Below, in pieces: positions 59,783-64,000 of a DNA stretch of 64,000 nucleotides. How positions within the stretch are numbered: position 1 is the first letter of the stretch; every line of letters begins with the position of its first letter. The translations under genes were made by a program, and so were the position numbers. This DNA is from an uncultured Solirubrobacterales bacterium (GTDB lineage: Bacteria > Actinomycetota > Thermoleophilia > Solirubrobacterales > Solirubrobacteraceae): the NCBI GenBank assembly GCA_963764545.1, contig CAVXSX010000003.1, positions 10,300 to 74,299 on the forward strand. The letters run 5' to 3'. The notes beneath the pieces are model-generated. The model was not told where the DNA came from. It saw only the letters and a program-made list of their open reading frames with translations, and did no database searches.

Positions 59783-60754
59783 GTGGACTACGTGAACCTC
59801 GGCCGGACCGGCTTGCGCGTCTCGCGCATCTGCCTGGGCATGATGAGCTACGGCAAGCACGAGAGCCGGGAGTGGACGCTGGACGAGGCCGGCGCCGAGC
59901 CGATCCTCCGCCGCGCGGTGGAGGGCGGGATCAACTTCTTCGACACCGCCGACGTCTACAACGGCGGCCAGAGCGAGGTGCTGACCGGTCGCCTGCTGAG
60001 CAAGTTGTTCGGCATGCGCGAGGAGTACGTGGTCGCCACCAAGGTCAACGGGCGCACGATGCCCGGCGAAAACGGCGCCGGTCTATCGCGCAAGCACATC
60101 ATGGCCTCGATCGACGGCTCGCTGGAGCGCCTGGGGCTCGACTACGTCGACCTGTACCAGATCCACCGCTGGGATCCGAAAACTCCGATCGAGGAGACGA
60201 TGGACGCGCTGCACGACGTCGTGGTCGCGGGCAAGGCTCGCTATATCGGCGCCAGCAGCATGTTCGCCTGGCAGTTCGCCAAGGCTCAGCACGTCGCCCG
60301 CACGCGGTTCGTCTCGATGCAGGACCACTACAACCTGATCTATCGCGAGGAGGAGCGCGAGATGATCCCCCAGTGCCTGGATCAGGGCGTGGGGATTCTG
60401 CCGTGGAGCCCGCTCGCCCGTGGCATGTTGGCCGGCAACCGCACCCGCGCCGGCGAGCGACTCACCACACGAGCCAAGACCGACGCGTTCGGCGACTCGC
60501 TGTACAAGCCCGAGGTCGACTTCGACGTGGTCGACCGGCTGGTCGAAGTGGCCGGCGAGCGGGGTAACCCGCCGGCGCAGGTCGGGCTCGCCTGGCTGCT
60601 GCACAAGCCCGGCGTAACCGCTCCGATCGTCGGCGCCACCAAGCTCGAGCATCTCGAGGACGCGCTCGCCGCGGAGGCGCTGACGCTCAGCGGCGAGGAG
60701 ATCGAGCGACTGGAGGAGCCCTACGTGCCCCACGCCATCGCGGGGCACGCATGA
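59783..60754 (+). CDS. Aldo/keto reductase
   Basis: FDTADVY, SLERLGLDYVDLYQIH, GKARYIG, WSPLARG. Confidence 0.94.
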   Translation: MDYVNLGRTGLRVSRICLGMMSYGKHESREWTLDEAGAEPILRRAVEGGINFFDTADVYNGGQSEVLTGRLLSKLFGMREEYVVATKVNGRTMPGENGAGLSRKHIMASIDGSLERLGLDYVDLYQIHRWDPKTPIEETMDALHDVVVAGKARYIGASSMFAWQFAKAQHVARTRFVSMQDHYNLIYREEEREMIPQCLDQGVGILPWSPLARGMLAGNRTRAGERLTTRAKTDAFGDSLYKPEVDFDVVDRLVEVAGERGNPPAQVGLAWLLHKPGVTAPIVGATKLEHLEDALAAEALTLSGEEIERLEEPYVPHAIAGHA

Positions 60755-60769
60755 ACCGACTCGCCCCGC

Positions 60770-61546
60770 TCAGCCCGGATACTCGTCCTTGCGCCTGACG
60801 CTGAACTCGTCGCCTCCGCCCTTCGGCGTGCGCCGCTCGAGGAACGAGTGGTACGGCGCGACGAACGGGTCGGGCGCGGTGACCGTGTACGTGTGGTAGA
60901 CGGTGCCGTTCTCGCGCGCAAACGCGATGAAGCTCGGCGCTTCGCGCAGCCCGTCCTCGAGCTTCGCGCCGACCTGACGCGACCAGTCCTTCAGGAACTC
61001 GGGCGGGCTGGCGACCATCTCCTGGATCTGGGGAATCCCCCGCGTCTGCTCGGGGGTAAGCGCCAGCCCGAAGTCGAACGGGAAGTCGGTGCCGTAGGTC
61101 GAGACGTACGGGAACTGCCAGCCCATCCGCTGCTTGTAGGCCATGAGGCGATCGATCGGCGCGCGCGAGAAGCAGATCAGCGTCACGTCGCGGTGGTTGA
61201 GATGGATCCGGGGGCCGTCCAGCTCATCGCCCAGGCTCGTGCACCCGGGGCACGCTCCGACGCTGTAGTCGGGCCCGAACATGATGTTGTAAGCCAGCAG
61301 TTGGGAGCGTCCCTCGAACAGCTCGGCCAGCGTCTTCTTGCCGTCCTCGGTGTCGAATTCGTACTCCTTCTCGACCGGGACCCACGGAAGCTGGCGGCGC
61401 TGCTCGGTCACGCGGCGCTCGAGCTCGGCGTACTCCGCCTCGAGCTCGGCCAGTTCGGCGCGGGCCGCCTGCCATTCCTCGCGGGTTCCCGTTGTGTGCG
61501 CGGGCATCTCTATCTCCTCGGGTTGCGGTTCGGCCCTGTCAGGCAA
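60770..61546 (-). CDS. DUF899 family thioredoxin-like protein
   Basis: RRQLPWV, LFEGRSQL, CPGC, RMGW, VYHTY; likely start at MPAH (about 61507). Confidence 0.88.
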   Translation of the reverse strand: MPDRAEPQPEEIEMPAHTTGTREEWQAARAELAELEAEYAELERRVTEQRRQLPWVPVEKEYEFDTEDGKKTLAELFEGRSQLLAYNIMFGPDYSVGACPGCTSLGDELDGPRIHLNHRDVTLICFSRAPIDRLMAYKQRMGWQFPYVSTYGTDFPFDFGLALTPEQTRGIPQIQEMVASPPEFLKDWSRQVGAKLEDGLREAPSFIAFARENGTVYHTYTVTAPDPFVAPYHSFLERRTPKGGGDEFSVRRKDEYPG

Positions 61547-61574
61547 ACCCTACGACCGCCGGGCGCGCGCTAAC

Positions 61575-62570
61575 TCATCGGTGACGGAGATTCGGTGCGC
61601 CGGTGTCGAGCTTGATCCCGAGCGCGCGACTCAGGCGGGGGACGAGCGTGGCGCCGCCAGCCAGGGGAGGCTCCCGGCGCCCGTCGATCGACAGGGCGAC
61701 CTCTCCGCACCCGCTCGGATCGACCACTGCGACCGCGAGGGGGTAGGAGCCCGCGCCCTTCACGGCTCCGCCATACAGCTCCAGCCGCATCCGCGATCCC
61801 GAGTCAAACGGGCAGGCCGTCGTGCCCGGTTGCGACGCCGGCAACGCGTTCAGCAACGCGACCACGCGCCGGACCGCAGCACGCGAGCTGATTTGAAGCG
61901 GCCCCTGGATGATCCGCCCAGGCTGTCGCGTGGTCAGAACCAGGCGGCGGGCGCTGTCGGGTATCCGCTCGGAGGCGGGCCGCGGCGTGATCCACACCAC
62001 CTGGCTGTCGGCCCGCACGCCGGTCGATCCGTCGGCCAGGCTCACAACCTCGACCACCAGCGAGCGGCTACTCAGCGTGCGGGGGATCGAAGGCCAGGTG
62101 AACCCGATGCCCTGCACGGTGGGCACGGCGCCGCCGCCGCTCGTACCCGACATCCCGGGGTGCCCGCCGTGCGGACGGTGTGCTCGGATGTAGCCCAGGA
62201 CGGCCGCTGGAGACTCGCTCAGCACCCACCAGCCATGATCATCGATGGCGTTGGGGGTGGCCGGAGGCCCGATGAAGGGGTGGGCCAGCGTTCCTGCGTC
62301 GCCCGAGGGCTCGACCGATGAGCGCCTGGCGTCGGGCGGCAGCATGAGGCGTCCCAGCAGCACGGCCGCATCGTCCTGGGCCGCGATCTCGTTGCGCGGT
62401 CTGGCCGGTCCGGCGGCTCCGGGCTGGCCCGCTGGCCTGGTCGCAGATCCCGCGACGGCAACGCCGCCGGCCAGCGCCCCGACAACCGCGGCCACCCCGA
62501 GCATCGCTCCTAAGCGCGCCACAGTCCGTCTACGAAGCACCTGGGCGATTGTCACGGAGACGCTCCGCAC
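61575..62570 (-). CDS. Secreted/membrane hypothetical protein
   Basis: Hydrophobic N-terminal helix, Cys pair; start uncertain. Confidence 0.55.
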   Translation of the reverse strand: MRSVSVTIAQVLRRRTVARLGAMLGVAAVVGALAGGVAVAGSATRPAGQPGAAGPARPRNEIAAQDDAAVLLGRLMLPPDARRSSVEPSGDAGTLAHPFIGPPATPNAIDDHGWWVLSESPAAVLGYIRAHRPHGGHPGMSGTSGGGAVPTVQGIGFTWPSIPRTLSSRSLVVEVVSLADGSTGVRADSQVVWITPRPASERIPDSARRLVLTTRQPGRIIQGPLQISSRAAVRRVVALLNALPASQPGTTACPFDSGSRMRLELYGGAVKGAGSYPLAVAVVDPSGCGEVALSIDGRREPPLAGGATLVPRLSRALGIKLDTGAPNLRHR

Positions 62571-63048
62571 CCGTGCGCCGCCGCCGGGCAGGAGAGGGCT
62601 TGCGGGTAGGCTTGCGGGGCAACAGATCGCCGAGCGCGCGCTCGGGATCGATCAGGACGATCAGTCGCTGGCCCACCGTGGCCACCTCGTCGCCGAGTCC
62701 GGTCTCGGCCGCCGCGACCGGCAGCGCCTCGATCTGCGTGAGTGGGATCGGCAGGATCCCGTCGACGGTGTCCACGATCAGCCCGAGCGCCCCACCGGAG
62801 ACCTCGAGCACGAGGATCCGCGTCTTGGCGCCCACCTCCAACTGGTGCCCGAGGCGGCTCGAGAGCTCGACGATCGGCAGCGTCCGCTCGCGCAGGCTGA
62901 TCATCCCCTGGATGGCACCCCGGGCGATCGCGGTCGCGCTCGGCGGCGTGTAGCGGATGATCTCGCGCACGGCGGTGATGGGCAGCCCGTAGTACTCGCC
63001 GTGCAAGGAGAACACCACCACCTGGCGCTCACCCTTCGCTGCCGTCAT
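62530..63048 (-). CDS. cheW: CheW family protein
   Basis: VVFSLHGEYYGLPI..VREII, GMISLR, GLIVD.V, LIVLID. Confidence 0.88.
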   Translation of the reverse strand: MTAAKGERQVVVFSLHGEYYGLPITAVREIIRYTPPSATAIARGAIQGMISLRERTLPIVELSSRLGHQLEVGAKTRILVLEVSGGALGLIVDTVDGILPIPLTQIEALPVAAAETGLGDEVATVGQRLIVLIDPERALGDLLPRKPTRKPSPARRRRTGAERLRDNRPGAS

Positions 63049-63203
63049 CCACGCCGCTCGCTCTCTCGTCTGCGCATCGACCTCGCCTCTCGCCCGCTGC
63101 GGAGCCCCGGGGCGGGCAATCGGAATCGGGCAATCCTATTGCCCCGAGTGGCGCGTCCATCAGCGGGGTAGACGAACTGGCGTCCCCGACACGAAAGGGA
63201 GCA

Positions 63204-63389
63204 ATGACAACTTTCGGCCGCACGATTGGCAAGAAGGCAACCAAGGCGACCGTCCGGCACTCGGTGCGTGGGGTCGCGTCCAAGGCGCAGCGCAAGCCGC
63301 TGCGGAGCGCCACGCTGCTCAGCCTGGGCGGCGCGTTCGGCGCGATGGCTGGCTGGTTGGCGGGTCGCAAGACCGCCAAGCCCGCCTGA
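63204..63389 (+). CDS. Small basic protein with C-terminal hydrophobic helix
   Basis: AAAGGGAG RBS, 61 aa. Confidence 0.6.
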   Translation: MTTFGRTIGKKATKATVRHSVRGVASKAQRKPLRSATLLSLGGAFGAMAGWLAGRKTAKPA

Positions 63390-63409
63390 CGCGCTCGATC
63401 GCAGAGCGC

Positions 63410-63504
63410 CCGCCCGAGTGCGTAACCCGCCCGGGTGCGTAACTCCTCACGCGAGCGACCGGGCCCTGCGCGTGGCGAGTTATGCGCGCTTTGGGGTGCA
63501 TAAC
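63410..63504. repeat. REP-like cluster of GTGC(G/A)TAAC direct and inverted repeats
   Basis: 17-bp tandem CCGCCCG(A/G)GTGCGTAAC x2, inverted GAGTTATGCGC, then GGGTGCATAAC. Confidence 0.6.
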
Positions 63505-63733
63505 GCGTCACGGGCGATGAGAGGACCCGATCGTGACGTGGTGTGCACGGCCCTGGGCAGACTCCCTGCAAACGATTGCGGCCGTGTCGTATCGCGACGC
63601 GCCCATCGGGCAGGACGGGCCCTCGTAGCCGTCCGGGCCGGCCGCAACACTCCGACGCGGGACAACCACCCGGACGTATGTTTGTCCACCCGGATATGGA
63701 GTCCACCCGCCGGCGGCCGAAATATATGGGCAT

Positions 63734-64000
63734 ATGCGCGCACGTCCGTTGATCGCGTTGACCACCTCGGAGCTCCGGCGCCCCGAGGACGTCGTCGCGC
63801 GGCCTCAGGGCGAGCCGCCCAAGCTCGAGGTGGCGCTGGCCACGCTGTATCCCGAGGCCATCGAGCGCGCCGGCGGCATACCGGTGATCGTTCCGCTGCT
63901 CCGCGCCGATGCGATCGCCGCGCTCCTCGACCGGGTCGACGGCGTTTGTCTCCCCGGCGGCCCCGATGTGCAGCCGAGCGCGTACGCCGAGGAGCCCCAC
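63734..64000 (+). CDS. Gamma-glutamyl-GABA hydrolase (PuuD/peptidase C26) family, 5' part
   Basis: Manual translation MRARPLIALTT...AIERAGGIPVIVP...LDRVDGVCLPGGPDVQP..Y. Confidence 0.85.
   Translation, partial: MRARPLIALTTSELRRPEDVVARPQGEPPKLEVALATLYPEAIERAGGIPVIVPLLRADAIAALLDRVDGVCLPGGPDVQPSAYAEEPH

Noticed and set aside
54349-64000. Prophage or integrative element after tRNA-Ile
   Set aside because: No integrase, phage gene or duplicated att site seen within the window

Overview
GC-rich (roughly 70% by eye) bacterial chromosome segment covering the replication-origin region. Gene content and order suggest an actinobacterium, probably Thermoleophilia/Solirubrobacterales (inferred, not verified). 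From left to right: (1) a cell-envelope polysaccharide block with glycosyltransferases, a flippase, a PglF/CapD-type dehydratase and a LytR-C protein, mixed with phosphosulfolactate synthase, a histidine phosphatase and two arylsulfotransferase-like genes; (2) dedA-uppP; (3) the fhaA-fhaB-pstP-rodA-pbpA-pknB-ddl cluster, flanked by two more Ser/Thr kinases; (4) pheA, an HNH nuclease, a ferritin-like/VIT1 fusion and a diguanylate cyclase; (5) gyrA-gyrB; (6) an inserted GAF-GGDEF-EAL gene, two tandem c-di-GMP-I riboswitches and a secreted subtilase; (7) dciA-recF-dnaN-dnaA, then rpmH-rnpA-yidD-yidC-jag, a LAGLIDADG-like ORF, rsmG-parA-parB and tRNA-Ile; (8) accessory genes. Many genes, including essential ones, carry 1-bp frameshifts that look like long-read assembly errors, so several boundaries are approximate. 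The strongest leads are the tandem riboswitch-protease module, a parS split by 13 nt directly upstream of a degenerate LAGLIDADG-like gene, a DnaA with altered DNA-recognition residues, a 191-nt fold-back element with a near-perfect SD and a micro-ORF, and the sulfonate/sulfotransferase genes inside a glycan locus.
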